This document shows positions 9,480 through 23,583 of a stretch of DNA of 64,000 nt, one piece after another. The position numbers were made by a program, and so were the translations under genes. The notes beneath the pieces are model-generated. The model worked only from the letters and a program-made list of their open reading frames with translations. It did no database searches and was not told the DNA's origin. The stretch is from the NCBI GenBank assembly GCA_963733195.1, contig CAVTCR010000062.1, positions 288,001-352,000 of the forward strand, given 5' to 3'. This DNA comes from an uncultured delta proteobacterium (GTDB lineage: Bacteria > Desulfobacterota > Binatia > Bin18). Numbering within the stretch: position 1 is the first letter of the stretch; every line of letters begins with the position of its first letter.

Positions 9480-10855
9480 ATGAAGAGAGTCAAAGGTCTA
9501 AATCAGATCACAAAGGATTGGCACACGGGCTCTGTCACCCTGAGTGTAACGAAGGGTCTCTCAGGGAGATTCTTCGCGGAGTTTATCCTGAGCGCAGCCG
9601 AAGGGCTCAGAATGACACGAGTGAGAAGTCACGTTGTGAAGTGTACGATTGTCATGAAGTTCGATTCAGGTGCGTTGTTACTCAAGTTGGTATTCGGGCT
9701 CAGCCTCTTGGCGAGTTGTCAACCATCAGGCTCTCCTGATCCAGTCCCAACCACAGTTCCACCGGCTGAAGTTCAAGCTGAGGCTCGGGATGAGCAGTCC
9801 ATTTATCTCCAGCAGCGCTCCATGCGTTGACCATCAAGACCACCCCAGTTATTCGACGCCAGCTTACTGAAGAGGTGCGCGTGACTGCGGTCATCAAGCC
9901 CAACGAAAATCGACTCGCACACGTGAGCCCCCGTATTGCTGGACGAGTAGTCATCGTACGCAAGCTGTTAGGGGATACTGTCAAAACCGGTGATGTCCTC
10001 GCGATCTTGGATAGTGTTGAACTCGGCAAAGCGAAGGCCGACTATCTGAAATTTCAAGCACTCACTAGTGTACAAGAGAAAAACTACCAACGGGCACGAC
10101 GCCTTTTTGAGCAACACATTACCTCACAGCGGGAAGTACTTGAAGCCGAAGCTGCCTATCTAACTGCGAGAGCAGAATTTGAAGCAGCGCATGCAACGTT
10201 ACACCTTTATGGATTGTCTGATGAAGACACCCATCGCTTAGCCTGGCAGGCGAAAGAACCGATCTCGCAATTTCCACTTCTCTCTCCGTTCTCCGGGATT
10301 GTGGCAGAAAAAGATATCACCATTGGAGAGGTCATTCCGCCGGAACGTTCAGTCTACACGATTGCTGATTTCTCGACGCTGTGGATTCAGCTTGATGTCT
10401 ACGAGAAAGACCTGGCAAAAGTTCGTGTCGGACAAGATGTAGCAATCACAACTGATAGTTACCCGCAGGAGACCTTTCGCGGTACTGTCACGTATTTAGG
10501 GAGTCTGCTGAATGAGCAAACACGGACCATTCCTACGCGGGTTGAAATCCCCAATCCCCAAGGGCGCTTGAAACCCGGCATGTTTGCAACTGCGCTCATC
10601 ACCACACCGGGACAGCAGGACGTAACCGGCCTCACTGTACCGTCAAGCGCCGTGCAACGAGTAGAAGGAGAGATAGTCGTATTTGTACCCAGCGGAGAAG
10701 GGATATTTACCCGACACATTGTGCAGCTTGGCAAACAAGGAGATGAGTGGGTTGAAGTTCGCGAAGGAGTTCAGGAGGGCCAACAGGTAGTGACCGAGGG
10801 AAGTTTCACCCTCAAGTCTGAACTCCTGAAAGCGACGCTCGCTGAAGGGGAATAG
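9480..10855 (+). CDS. czcB: RND periplasmic adaptor subunit (CzcB-like), frameshifted near 9790-9830
   Basis: Lipobox LLASC; VSPRIAGRV, SPFSG, LWIQLDVYEKDL, TRT, LKPGMF motifs. Confidence 0.85.
9498..9668. mobile_element. MITE-like palindromic insertion, in frame in the czcB signal peptide
   Basis: Bounded by AGGT direct repeats (9494-9497, 9668-9671); imperfect inverted ends ctaaatc...cacac / gtgtac...gattcag; internal tgtcaccctgag...ctcagaatgaca palindrome. Confidence 0.6.
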
Positions 10856-10860
10856 CACTA

Positions 10861-13982
<3,122 letters not shown>

Positions 13983-14073
13983 TCAGGTAGCTCGTTTACT
14001 CGAGTGTTCTATAGCCGCGTTTGCGGAATTAGGAGATTTCTTTGCTTGTGTCCTTAAAGTGCCTGATTCGCTT

Positions 14074-14101
14074 GTAGAGACGCGACATGTTGCGTCTCTA
14101 C
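14074..14101. repeat. GTAG-type REP palindrome
   Basis: gtagagacgcgacatgttgcgtctctac, related to the copy at 5888. Confidence 0.7.
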
Positions 14102-14224
14102 GGGACATCGTTGGTCGCATGAAAATGGCAATCCGCTCTAAGAATACTACGCTAGGGGAAAGTAAGAGAGCTTTGCTAAGATACCTGATTATGTTCCGCT
14201 GAGAGCGGGACGAGAGAGGAAGTT

Positions 14225-15971
14225 ATGTTCAAACAACTAGCTCGACTCTATCTTTTTCTCATTATCTCCCTGGTTCTTAGCATGACAGCTCCTCGCGCGG
14301 TATTCGCACAGCCATGTTAGACAAACACGCAGCCTGGCTCGATTTCAGAGCGGTATCGGCATCGTTTCGGGTTGGGCTTGCGATGCTGATCGGATTGATA
14401 TCGAAGTAAGCGGCAGCGGAGTCACCGCCACACTTCAAGCCTCCTATGGCACTGCACGAGGCGATACTGTGGGCGCATGCAGAGATACCAACAATGGCTT
14501 TGGTCTGTTAGTGAACTGGAACATCTTACCTGATGGCAATTATACGGTTCGGGCTTTGCGCGATGACGTAGAGTTTGCCCGTGCTACAGTTATCGTCAGC
14601 ACTCTCGGGCTAAACCGGCAATTTCCTACCGGTCTCACCGGAGAATCGCAGCTGCCGGACTTTCCTCAGGACGGAAAGACGACGCGTATTCGTTGGCAGG
14701 AGAGTATTCAGAATTTTAGCATTATCGGCGCGACCGAAAGTCCGGCAGACGGAACTCCATCCAGTCCTCGCACGAAACTCGAAAACCCGATAGCAGGCTC
14801 GTTTCAGAGCGGCATTAGCGTGATCTCCGGCTGGGCGTGTGAGGCCAGAAAGGATTGAGGTCGAAATCAATGGTATCATTACACTACAAGCAGCCTATGG
14901 CACCGCGCGGGATGATACGGCGGGTGCGTGTGGAGATACCGATAATGGCTTTGGCCTGTTGGTCAACTGGAGTGATTTACCAGATGGGGTACATACTTTA
15001 CGCGCGTTAAAAGACGGCGTTGAGTTTGCACGTTCAGTATTCACCGTCACGACTCTGGGTCTTGGGTCATTCGTGCAAGGATTAAGCGGCGGCTTTGTTG
15101 TGTCCGATTTCCCGCAATCAGGACGACATACACGCGTCCAATGGCAAGAAAGTATACAGAACTTTACCATTACCGGGGCGGTTCTTCCTGAAATCGATGA
15201 ACGGATATGCACCAGCGCCACCCAAGCTGCCGTCGATCCCTCTGGCGGGAGAGCGAATCTTACGGCAACCAATCCGTGTCAGTCTTCCGGCCAGATCCAA
15301 GTCGTGCAAGTCCTTCCTCAAAATAGCTCGCCATTGACATCCGGGATCACGCCCGAACCGCGAGCACAGACAACAGGAGGGTTTTCGGCCTGCGACACTA
15401 ATCTCAGTATCACGCAAGGAGGAAAAATATTCACAATGAGTGACTTTGATTGGCTCGACAGTGATGGTAATAGAGTCTGCCGCACTCTTACGCCAGGGAA
15501 TTCGCTTGATACGTTTATCAAAGTCAAAGCAGGCTCATCCCTAAACTTCAATCAACCATTTGACATTGTCTACACCAATCAGCGCAGTCTTTCAGTGGGC
15601 ATCCTGCCTTTCTTCCTCCACCGACGATTGTCGATAACGATATAGTCGGTGGAGGCCCACCGATAGAATGCAGCCTTTTTGGCGTGCCAAGACAGATCCA
15701 ATTTTGCAATGGCGATACCTCCATCGGGCAGCGGCTTTTCCCCTTGACCAGTCAGTGTTCTGTTTTCTTGGAAGGCTCAGTGACCCTTATCGCTGATAAC
15801 AACGATTTTCACGTCATCCTGGGAAAGACCTTTTTCTTACAGCCCCCCAGTGACAGTGCGCTAATTGGCATCGAATACACGGGTAAATGTCCAGCCACGA
15901 GTAGAGGCAGAGCGTCGATTGAACTCGAAGGAACTGGGGTTGCCCTTATTTTACTGAATCCGGTGGAATAG
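14225..15971 (+). CDS. secreted protein with two tandem copies of an uncharacterised ~155-aa domain (frameshifted)
   Basis: Signal peptide MFKQLARLYLFLIISLVLS; duplicated GSFQSGI..SGWAC...YGTAR.DT.GAC.D..NGFGLLVNW..LPDG...DFPQ.G..TR..WQESIQNF. Confidence 0.7.
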
Positions 15972-16042
15972 TAGAGAAGAGGCTGTCGAATCTTGGGCTT
16001 GATAGCTCATAGTATTGGCTGAGGGCACCTTTATCTCTCAAT

Positions 16043-16071
16043 TTGACGCCTTCCAGCTTCTTTCGTATAGT
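16043..16071 (+). promoter_or_regulatory. sigma70-like promoter of the kdsB-pyrG-kdsA operon
   Basis: TTGACG-N17-TATAGT upstream of kdsB. Confidence 0.6.
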
Positions 16072-16132
16072 AGGTTTCCGTGGTCGGGCTTCTCTCCGTC
16101 GATTCCAACGTTACAATCTGCGTGAGTTGAGC

Positions 16133-16894
16133 ATGGAAGTTGTTGCATTGATTCCTGCTCGTTATGGGTCAACTCGCTTCCCCGGAAAGCCGCTGGCATT
16201 ATTGCGCGGTAAGCCGATGATCCAACATGTCTACGAACAAACCTGCTTGGTACGCGGCTTGGCTCGCGTCATCGTCGCGACCGATGATGATCGCATCGCA
16301 AGTGTCATACGTGCTGTTGGTGGAGAGGTCGCCATGACCCGCGCTGATCATCCTACTGGCACCGATCGTCTCGCCGAGGTTGCCGAACGGCTCAGCGTAG
16401 ATATCATCGTCAACGTGCAGGGAGATTTGCCGTTCTTTCCGCCAGCCATGGTCGAAGACGCGGTCACTGCTCTCACTCAGGCTCCTAGTGCGGTGATGTC
16501 CACAGTGAAAACGCCGATCTATGAAGTTGCTGAGTGGCAGAACATCAACGTCGTAAAAGTTGTCACTGATCGCAAAGGGTATGCATTATATTTTTCGCGG
16601 AGTCCCATCCCCTACGAAAGGAGTCCAGAGTCCAGAGTCCAGAGTCCAGAGTCAGCAGGCACAGAACGGAAAACGATTCTTGGGTATCGGCATATTGGTC
16701 TATACGTGTATCGACGGGACTTTCTCTTTACCTTTACGAAGTTGCCACGGACACCACTGGAACAAACGGAACAGCTTGAGCAGTTACGCGCTTTGGAATG
16801 GGGTTATCAGATCACGGTTAGCGACACAGAACGTCCAACCATCGAGATCGACACGCCGGAGGACCTGCGGCGTGCAGAGGAGGCAATGCCATGA
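16133..16894 (+). CDS. kdsB: 3-deoxy-manno-octulosonate cytidylyltransferase
   Basis: [36 protein letters not shown]. Confidence 0.95.
   Translation: MEVVALIPARYGSTRFPGKPLALLRGKPMIQHVYEQTCLVRGLARVIVATDDDRIASVIRAVGGEVAMTRADHPTGTDRLAEVAERLSVDIIVNVQGDLPFFPPAMVEDAVTALTQAPSAVMSTVKTPIYEVAEWQNINVVKVVTDRKGYALYFSRSPIPYERSPESRVQSPESAGTERKTILGYRHIGLYVYRRDFLFTFTKLPRTPLEQTEQLEQLRALEWGYQITVSDTERPTIEIDTPEDLRRAEEAMP
16621..16653 (+). repeat. (GAGTCCA)n heptamer array inside kdsB
   Basis: Four perfect copies plus a partial; encodes [11 protein letters not shown]. Confidence 0.9.
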
Positions 16895-18567
16895 GTACCA
16901 ATGAGCATGGGAAAGAAGGCCGTAAGACGAAATTTATTTTCATCACCGGTGGTGTGGTCTCCTCTCTAGGCAAAGGCATCGCCGCCGCCTCGATCGGCGG
17001 ACTGCTCGAAAGCCGTGGCCTGAAAGTCACGTTACTGAAAATGGACCCGTACATTAACGTCGATCCCGGCACTATGAATCCGTTTCAACACGGCGAGGTC
17101 TATGTGACTGACGATGGCGCCGAAACTGACCTCGATCTTGGGCACTACGAGCGCTATGTCTCCACGCCGTTGGGTCGGAAAAACACCTTCACTACCGGCC
17201 AGGTGTACGACACGGTCATTGCCCGCGAACGCAAGGGTGACTATCTCGGTGGGACGGTACAAGTCATTCCGCACATTACCGATGAGATCAAACAACGCAT
17301 TTTCGCCGCTGCCGCCGGTTTTGATGTCGCTATCTGTGAAGTCGGAGGCACTGTTGGTGATATCGAGAGCCTTCCGTTCCTCGAAGCAATTCGGCAGCTC
17401 CGCTGGGACTGGGGGCGCGAACATGTGCTGTACGTGCATCTCACGTTGGTACCCTTTATTTCTGCTGCTGGTGAACTGAAAACCAAACCCACGCAACACA
17501 GCGTGAAAGAACTCACCAGTCTCGGCATTCAGCCCGACATCCTCCTGTGTCGTACCGATCGCTACCTTGAAGCCAAGGTCAAAGCCAAAATTGCCCTCTT
17601 CTGTAACGTCAACGACAACGCGGTCATCACTGCCAAAGATGTTGAATGTATCTATGAAGTTCCGCTGGTGTTTCACCAGGAAGGGCTCGACGAACGCATC
17701 GTGGAAAAACTCAACATGTGGACCGGTGGTCCAAACCTCAGTAAGTGGGAACGGATCGTCCACATTTATAAGAATCCCCGCGAGCGGGTGCGTATCGCTA
17801 TGGTTGGCAAATACGTCAATCTCATCGACTCGTATAAGAGCTTGAATGAAGCGCTTGCGCATGGCGGGCTCGCCAACGAATGCCGGGTCGAAATCGAGCA
17901 TATCGATTCAGAACAGCTAGAGGATGGGACACTCCCTGAAGCGGTTCGTCGCGCCGATGGGTTGCTCGTGCCGATGGGATTTGGCCAACGTGGCACTGAG
18001 GGAAAAGTCGCTGCCGTCCGCTATGCCCGCGAGGAAGGAGTTCCGTTCTTCGGTATTTGTTTTGGTATGCAGATGGCGGTAATTGAGTTTGGCCGCAACG
18101 TTTGCGGTCTCGCCCATGCTAACTCTACCGAAGTCGACGAAAATACTCCGCATCCGGTTATTGCGCTGATGAATGAACAACGCAGCATCGTGCAAAAAGG
18201 CGGAACGATGCGGCTCGGGGCGTATCCATGTTCGCTGCAAGACGGGACGCTCGCCGCTAAGCTCTATGGCCAATCGCAAATCTCCGAACGTCATCGTCAC
18301 CGCTATGAATTCAACAACGAGTACCGCGAACGCTACGCCACGAAGGGCATGACCTTCAGTGGGCTCTCGCCTGACGGTGGTCTGGTGGAAATTATCGAGA
18401 TTCGCAAACATCCCTGGTTTATTGGCGTGCAGTTCCACCCAGAACTCAAGTCGCGTCCTTTTGACTGTCACCCTCTGTTTGCGGGATTTGTTCGCGCAGC
18501 GCTGCAACGGCGCTTAGGTATCCACGAAAGTCCGTTGCGACGTGTGAGCGGGGCTGGACGATCATGA
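16891..18567 (+). CDS. pyrG: CTP synthase
   Basis: [51 protein letters not shown]. Confidence 0.98.
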   Translation: MSTNEHGKEGRKTKFIFITGGVVSSLGKGIAAASIGGLLESRGLKVTLLKMDPYINVDPGTMNPFQHGEVYVTDDGAETDLDLGHYERYVSTPLGRKNTFTTGQVYDTVIARERKGDYLGGTVQVIPHITDEIKQRIFAAAAGFDVAICEVGGTVGDIESLPFLEAIRQLRWDWGREHVLYVHLTLVPFISAAGELKTKPTQHSVKELTSLGIQPDILLCRTDRYLEAKVKAKIALFCNVNDNAVITAKDVECIYEVPLVFHQEGLDERIVEKLNMWTGGPNLSKWERIVHIYKNPRERVRIAMVGKYVNLIDSYKSLNEALAHGGLANECRVEIEHIDSEQLEDGTLPEAVRRADGLLVPMGFGQRGTEGKVAAVRYAREEGVPFFGICFGMQMAVIEFGRNVCGLAHANSTEVDENTPHPVIALMNEQRSIVQKGGTMRLGAYPCSLQDGTLAAKLYGQSQISERHRHRYEFNNEYRERYATKGMTFSGLSPDGGLVEIIEIRKHPWFIGVQFHPELKSRPFDCHPLFAGFVRAALQRRLGIHESPLRRVSGAGRS

Positions 18568-19415
18568 TTCGTGAAGTTGTTCCCAATGTTGTCCACATCG
18601 GGTCAATCCCGTGTGGTGGCAATCATCCGTTTGTCTTGATCGCTGGCCCGTGTGTAATTGAGGGTCGAGACTCCGCGCTGTACCACGCCGAGGCGCTCGT
18701 AACACTCACGAACCGTCTCGGCGTTCCCTTCATTTACAAATCTTCATACGACAAAGCCAACCGCACCTCTGGTGAGTCGTTTCGCGGTCTTGGCATGGAT
18801 GAGGGGCTTGCTATTCTTGCTGAGACGAGACGCCAATGCGGTGTCCTCGTCCTGACTGACGTGCATTCACCCGAAGAAGCGAGGGCCGCTGCTGACGCAG
18901 TCGATGTTCTGCAGATTCCGGCGTTTCTCTGTCGTCAAACCGATCTCTTGGTAGCAGCAGGAGAGAGTGGGCGGGTCGTGAATATCAAGAAGGGCCAATT
19001 CTTGGCCCCGTGGGATATGAGCCACGCCGCCACCAAAGTCGCGTCAACCGGCAATCAACGCATTTTACTGACCGAACGCGGAGCCTCGTTTGGCTACAAC
19101 AACTTGGTATCTGATTTTCGTTCGTTACCGATTATGGCCCGTACTGGCTATCCGGTCGTGTATGATGCCACGCATAGTGTGCAGTTACCTGGAGGACAAG
19201 GGAGCATGTCCGGAGGCCAACGAGAGTTTATTGCACCGCTGGCACGTGCGGCACTGGCAGTTGGTGTCGATGGATTGTTCATGGAAGTCCATCGCGATCC
19301 AGAACGTGCGTTGAGTGACAGTGCCACCGTCTTCCCGCTCGCCCAGCTCGAAGCCGTATTGCAAACACTTCAGAAGCTTGATGCTATTGCGAAAGAGCGA
19401 CCTCCCAGAGTATAA
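18564..19415 (+). CDS. kdsA: KDO8P synthase
   Basis: [41 protein letters not shown]. Confidence 0.97.
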   Translation: MIREVVPNVVHIGSIPCGGNHPFVLIAGPCVIEGRDSALYHAEALVTLTNRLGVPFIYKSSYDKANRTSGESFRGLGMDEGLAILAETRRQCGVLVLTDVHSPEEARAAADAVDVLQIPAFLCRQTDLLVAAGESGRVVNIKKGQFLAPWDMSHAATKVASTGNQRILLTERGASFGYNNLVSDFRSLPIMARTGYPVVYDATHSVQLPGGQGSMSGGQREFIAPLARAALAVGVDGLFMEVHRDPERALSDSATVFPLAQLEAVLQTLQKLDAIAKERPPRV

Positions 19416-19632
19416 CACTAGCGGTGCTATTCTTTCTTCGACGAGCCGCCGGTATGGACTCTCAATCCTCAATAGAGTCCCGTAGTTGATTCACCTGCAC
19501 GGTCAGGAAATTCCTGATTTACTTTTCCTCTTTCAACGCAACGGCTACTCTTTAGAGAAAGGCAAGAAACTTGCCACCTTCATTGCGTAAGATGAAGAAG
19601 GTAGGGTATCTTGATCGAGGTGGAAGAATTCG

Positions 19633-20223
19633 ATGAGTCGCGGTCAAGTACGTTTCCTCATTGCCTCTCTGGTGTTGCTTTTGTTAGCCGTAGTTGGCCA
19701 TGGCTTGCTCATCAACACAGAACGTGCGGACGACTCTGCCCTTAATCCGACTCTCGATCCTCCTACAACCTCAGAAGAACAACGCATGGAAAACTTTAAG
19801 CGCGTGAAGGTCCGACCCGATGGCAAAAAGGCCTGGGAAATCGTTGCACGCAAAGCGCGCTACTCGCCTGAGAACCATCTGGTCATTGTCGAGTCCCCGC
19901 AATTCTCCTTCTATCCGAAGGATGGAGAATCTTTCTCGTTGCGGAGCCGCGAGGCGCGAATATTATTGACTACCGACAAAAAAGAAGACGTTATGCGCGT
20001 CGAGCTCAGTGGCGATTTAGAAATGCAGGTAAGCGATTATCTTATTAAGACCCAGGAAGCGATTTTTGAAACCGAACAGAATCGGATCTCATCGTCCGGT
20101 GCTGTCCAGATAGACGGCCCAGGAGTAACGGTTGCAGGCCAAGGATATTCCGTTGACGTTACCAACAAATATTTGACCCTCGATGCAGACGTACAAACCA
20201 CTTTAAGTAGGAGCGATAGTTAA
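19633..20223 (+). CDS. lptC: LPS export protein LptC
   Basis: N-terminal TM followed by a beta-rich domain; canonical position before lptA-lptB. Confidence 0.75.
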   Translation: MSRGQVRFLIASLVLLLLAVVGHGLLINTERADDSALNPTLDPPTTSEEQRMENFKRVKVRPDGKKAWEIVARKARYSPENHLVIVESPQFSFYPKDGESFSLRSREARILLTTDKKEDVMRVELSGDLEMQVSDYLIKTQEAIFETEQNRISSSGAVQIDGPGVTVAGQGYSVDVTNKYLTLDADVQTTLSRSDS

Positions 20224-20885
20224 TGAAGAAGCTGGGAGGCAGCGGGGTTGGAATCGTACTGTTCCTGACGTTGTTTTGCGCGACAGACACTGCTCTTGCC
20301 GCTGAAGACAAGAGCGCCCCTACCGAACAACCAACAAAGAGTCAGAATCCGTTTGATATCTCCCTTACTTCGGGCAATGGGCCGATCAATATTCGTTCAG
20401 GAAAGTTAGAGTTCTTCTACAACGAAAAGCGGATTGTGTATCGCGATGGCGTGGTCGCAACCCGAGATAACGGTACAATTAAGAGCGATCTCCTTACTGT
20501 CACGTATGAAGAGCAAGAGGCAAACAATGGCGCAGGAGCGCCTTCTGCTTCTGCGACCAATGCCTCTGCTTCAGAAAAAGAGAACGCTGCCACCCGGCGA
20601 CGCCAACGGATCAAAGAAGCAGTAGCAGAAGGAAACGTAGAGATCACCTCGGAAACCGGCAACGCAACCTGCAAAAAAGCCGTCTTCAACGAAATCAAAC
20701 GTACCGTCGTGCTGAGTGGCGATGCCGTGTTGCGAGATGGAGACAACACTGTGAAAGGGCAAACCGTCACAGTGTACCTTGATGAAAGTCGAGTCACGGT
20801 TGAAGGAACGGCAGAAACACGGCCAGAAATGCAATTGAATCCCAAACGAGACGAAAAAGGCAAAAAAGAGGCAAGGACACGGTGA
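20223..20885 (+). CDS. lptA: LPS transport periplasmic protein LptA
   Basis: Signal peptide, OstA-like PINIRS, AEGNV and LSGDA motifs; context. Confidence 0.8.
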   Translation: MKKLGGSGVGIVLFLTLFCATDTALAAEDKSAPTEQPTKSQNPFDISLTSGNGPINIRSGKLEFFYNEKRIVYRDGVVATRDNGTIKSDLLTVTYEEQEANNGAGAPSASATNASASEKENAATRRRQRIKEAVAEGNVEITSETGNATCKKAVFNEIKRTVVLSGDAVLRDGDNTVKGQTVTVYLDESRVTVEGTAETRPEMQLNPKRDEKGKKEARTR

Positions 20886-21625
20886 TCAATAAAGCAGTGT
20901 TACGCGGAGAGCGGTTGTATAAGACGTACGGCAAGCGGCCAGTTCTGCGTGACGTCAGCATTGAAGTCAGAGGTGGAGAAGTCGTTGGACTGCTTGGTCC
21001 CAATGGCGCAGGGAAAACAACGACATTCTCGATTATTGTGGGAATCTTACGGCCTGACCAAGGGGTCGTCCGTTATAATGGAGAAAATATTACGACGTTA
21101 CCAATGCACCTGCGTGCCCGGAGAGGGATCACCTATTTGCCGCAAGAACCGTCGGTTTTTCGCAAGCTTACCGTCGAAGAAAACGTGATGGCAGTCCTCG
21201 AAACTCTAGAGCTGACCACCGCCGAGCGTCGCACTCGCCTCGTACAGCTCCTTGGCGAACTGCATATCATGCACCTCGCCCACCAACGTGCGGAGTCGTT
21301 GTCTGGCGGAGAACGACGGCGGGTAGAAATCACCCGTGCGCTGGTAATGTCGCCTTCGTTTATGTTGCTGGATGAGCCGTTTGCTGGTATCGACCCACTG
21401 TCAGTGAATGATATTCAAGAAATTATCGCGCAATTACGCAATCGTGGAATCGGGATTTTACTCACCGATCACAATGCCCAGGAAACACTGCGGATTTGTG
21501 ACCGTGCTTATCTTCTCACCGATGGCAACGTATTCGTGTCTGGCACCCCGGAAGAACTGGCCACCAATGAGCGCGCACGACAAGCTTATTTAGGGCAACG
21601 CTTTAGTCTGCAAAGCCGAGGGTAA
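20882..21625 (+). CDS. lptB: LPS export ABC ATPase LptB
   Basis: GPNGAGKTT, YLPQEPSVFRKL, LSGGERRRVEI, DEPFAGIDP, TDHN. Confidence 0.95.
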   Translation: MINKAVLRGERLYKTYGKRPVLRDVSIEVRGGEVVGLLGPNGAGKTTTFSIIVGILRPDQGVVRYNGENITTLPMHLRARRGITYLPQEPSVFRKLTVEENVMAVLETLELTTAERRTRLVQLLGELHIMHLAHQRAESLSGGERRRVEITRALVMSPSFMLLDEPFAGIDPLSVNDIQEIIAQLRNRGIGILLTDHNAQETLRICDRAYLLTDGNVFVSGTPEELATNERARQAYLGQRFSLQSRG

Positions 21626-21631
21626 ATTTCC

Positions 21632-23074
21632 ATGGCGTTAGATATACGGCTGCAGCAGAAGCTGCAACAAAAGCTGGTAATGACGCCACAGTTGCGTCAA
21701 GCCATAAAAATTCTCCAGCTCCAACGGGAAGAGCTCGAGACACTCATCGACGAGGAACTGGCCGAAAATCCGGTATTAGAACGCGCGGAAGGAGAAGAAC
21801 CCCTTACCTCTGGCCCGCAAACAGAAACCGAGATTGCCACGGTCGATAGTCCCACCCCAACGCCCCAAGACGACATCAACTGGCAAGCCTATCTTGATAA
21901 TTACAGTAACGACATGCCATCACTCCCTGCTACTGGCGGTGATGATGATGATGACGATCGTCTCAATATTCTCGAAAATGTCCTGACCCGTGCAGAGTCG
22001 TTAGCAGACCATCTCTCCGAGCAACTGCGATTTCACGAACTGAGTCCGGAAGAAGAACGAACAGCGTCGGTCATTATCGGTAACCTGGATGTGGATGGAT
22101 ATCTCAAAGCCTCGCTAGAAGAACTCGCCTCGGGAGCAGGGGTAGGCGTCGAACTCGCAGCCTATGTGCTCCAGCTCATCCACTCCTGTGATCCAACCGG
22201 AGTTGCCGCTCGCGACTTACGCGAATGTTTGCTTCTGCAGTTACGTGCCCAAGCGCACGAAGACCCAACGGTTGAGGACCCACTGATCACCCTCGCTATA
22301 CGGATCGTGCAAGACCATCTCACAGTCCTCGAAGGCCGACGCTTTGATCGGCTCGCCAAAGATTTAGGAGTCACGGTTGATGAAGTCACGCACGCCGTTA
22401 AACTGATTACGACACTCGAACCAAAGCCAGCCCGTAATTTTGGCGAAGGCGAGACCCGTTATGTGACCCCCGACGTCGATGTGCGGAAAATGGGCGATGA
22501 GTATTTCGTCACACTGAATGAAGAAGGGCTTCCACGTCTCAAGGTTAGTCAGTCGTACCGGCGCATGCTCGCAGGGGGAGGAGATGCGAAAGATTACATT
22601 CAGGATAAGCTGCGCTCGGCAGCCTGGCTCATCAAAAGCATCCAGCAACGTCAGCACACTCTGCTCCAGGTTGCACAAAGTATCGTGAAGTTCCAAGGCG
22701 ATTTTCTGACGTATGGTGTTTCGCAAATGCGCCCGCTGGTGTTACGCGACGTTGCCGAGGATGTCGGCATCCATGAATCAACCGTGAGCCGTGCCATCGC
22801 CAACAAATATATGGCTACGCCGCGAGGCATCTTCTCAATGAAGCGGTTTTTCACCACCGGTCTCAAAAGTCATCACGGCCAAGATATCGCTGCAGAAAGT
22901 GTGAAAGAACAGATTCGGGAATTAATCACCAAAGAAGACCCGATGCGTCCGTTAAGTGATGAGGATATTGCTAAGCAACTGTCGCAAAGCAATGTCGATA
23001 TTGCTCGCAGAACTGTAGCAAAGTATCGTGAAGCAATGAATATTCCGCCATCGGCGAAACGCAAGCAAGGATAA
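21632..23074 (+). CDS. rpoN: RNA polymerase sigma-54 factor
   Basis: MTPQLRQAIKILQL, HESTVSRA, RpoN box ARRTVAKYRE. Confidence 0.97.
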   Translation: MALDIRLQQKLQQKLVMTPQLRQAIKILQLQREELETLIDEELAENPVLERAEGEEPLTSGPQTETEIATVDSPTPTPQDDINWQAYLDNYSNDMPSLPATGGDDDDDDRLNILENVLTRAESLADHLSEQLRFHELSPEEERTASVIIGNLDVDGYLKASLEELASGAGVGVELAAYVLQLIHSCDPTGVAARDLRECLLLQLRAQAHEDPTVEDPLITLAIRIVQDHLTVLEGRRFDRLAKDLGVTVDEVTHAVKLITTLEPKPARNFGEGETRYVTPDVDVRKMGDEYFVTLNEEGLPRLKVSQSYRRMLAGGGDAKDYIQDKLRSAAWLIKSIQQRQHTLLQVAQSIVKFQGDFLTYGVSQMRPLVLRDVAEDVGIHESTVSRAIANKYMATPRGIFSMKRFFTTGLKSHHGQDIAAESVKEQIRELITKEDPMRPLSDEDIAKQLSQSNVDIARRTVAKYREAMNIPPSAKRKQG

Positions 23075-23121
23075 TACGCTCGCGAGAAGGTGACGGCTCC
23101 TCGAGGGGAAAGGACCCCCAC

Positions 23122-23583
23122 ATGCGCGTCATTGATATTCTGACAGAAGATTTAGTTATTCCACAACTACAGAGTACCAGCAAAACCGACGTACTCCATG
23201 AACTTGCGCAGCATCTAGCGACGCAACGGCCTGATATTCGCGCCGAACAGCTAGTCACGGTGTTGCTTGACCGAGAACGGCTCGGCACGACAGCTATTGG
23301 GGAAGGAATAGCTATTCCGCACGGTAAACTCCCCGGGCTCAAAGGAGTGGTGGCGGTCTTTGGTCGCAGTCAACAGGGTATTGACTGTCATTCGTTGGAT
23401 GGGCTCCCAACCAAACTCTTTTTCTTACTGGTCGCACCAGAAGAGTCTGCCGGAGTGCATCTCAAAGCCCTTGCCCGGGTTTCACGACTGCTCAAAGATA
23501 AAGCATTTCGAGACCGTCTTTTACAAGGAACGAATCGTGCCACTTTATATCAGGTGATTTGTGAAGAAGACGCCAGACTCTGA
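23122..23583 (+). CDS. ptsN: PTS EIIA-Ntr
   Basis: RERLGTTAIGEGIAIPH, HLKALA. Confidence 0.9.
   Translation: MRVIDILTEDLVIPQLQSTSKTDVLHELAQHLATQRPDIRAEQLVTVLLDRERLGTTAIGEGIAIPHGKLPGLKGVVAVFGRSQQGIDCHSLDGLPTKLFFLLVAPEESAGVHLKALARVSRLLKDKAFRDRLLQGTNRATLYQVICEEDARL

Noticed and set aside
17032-18507. Long antisense ORFs over pyrG (and similar ones over czcA, meaB, uvrA and the cyclases)
   Set aside because: Shadow frames of well-supported genes with no recognisable motifs.
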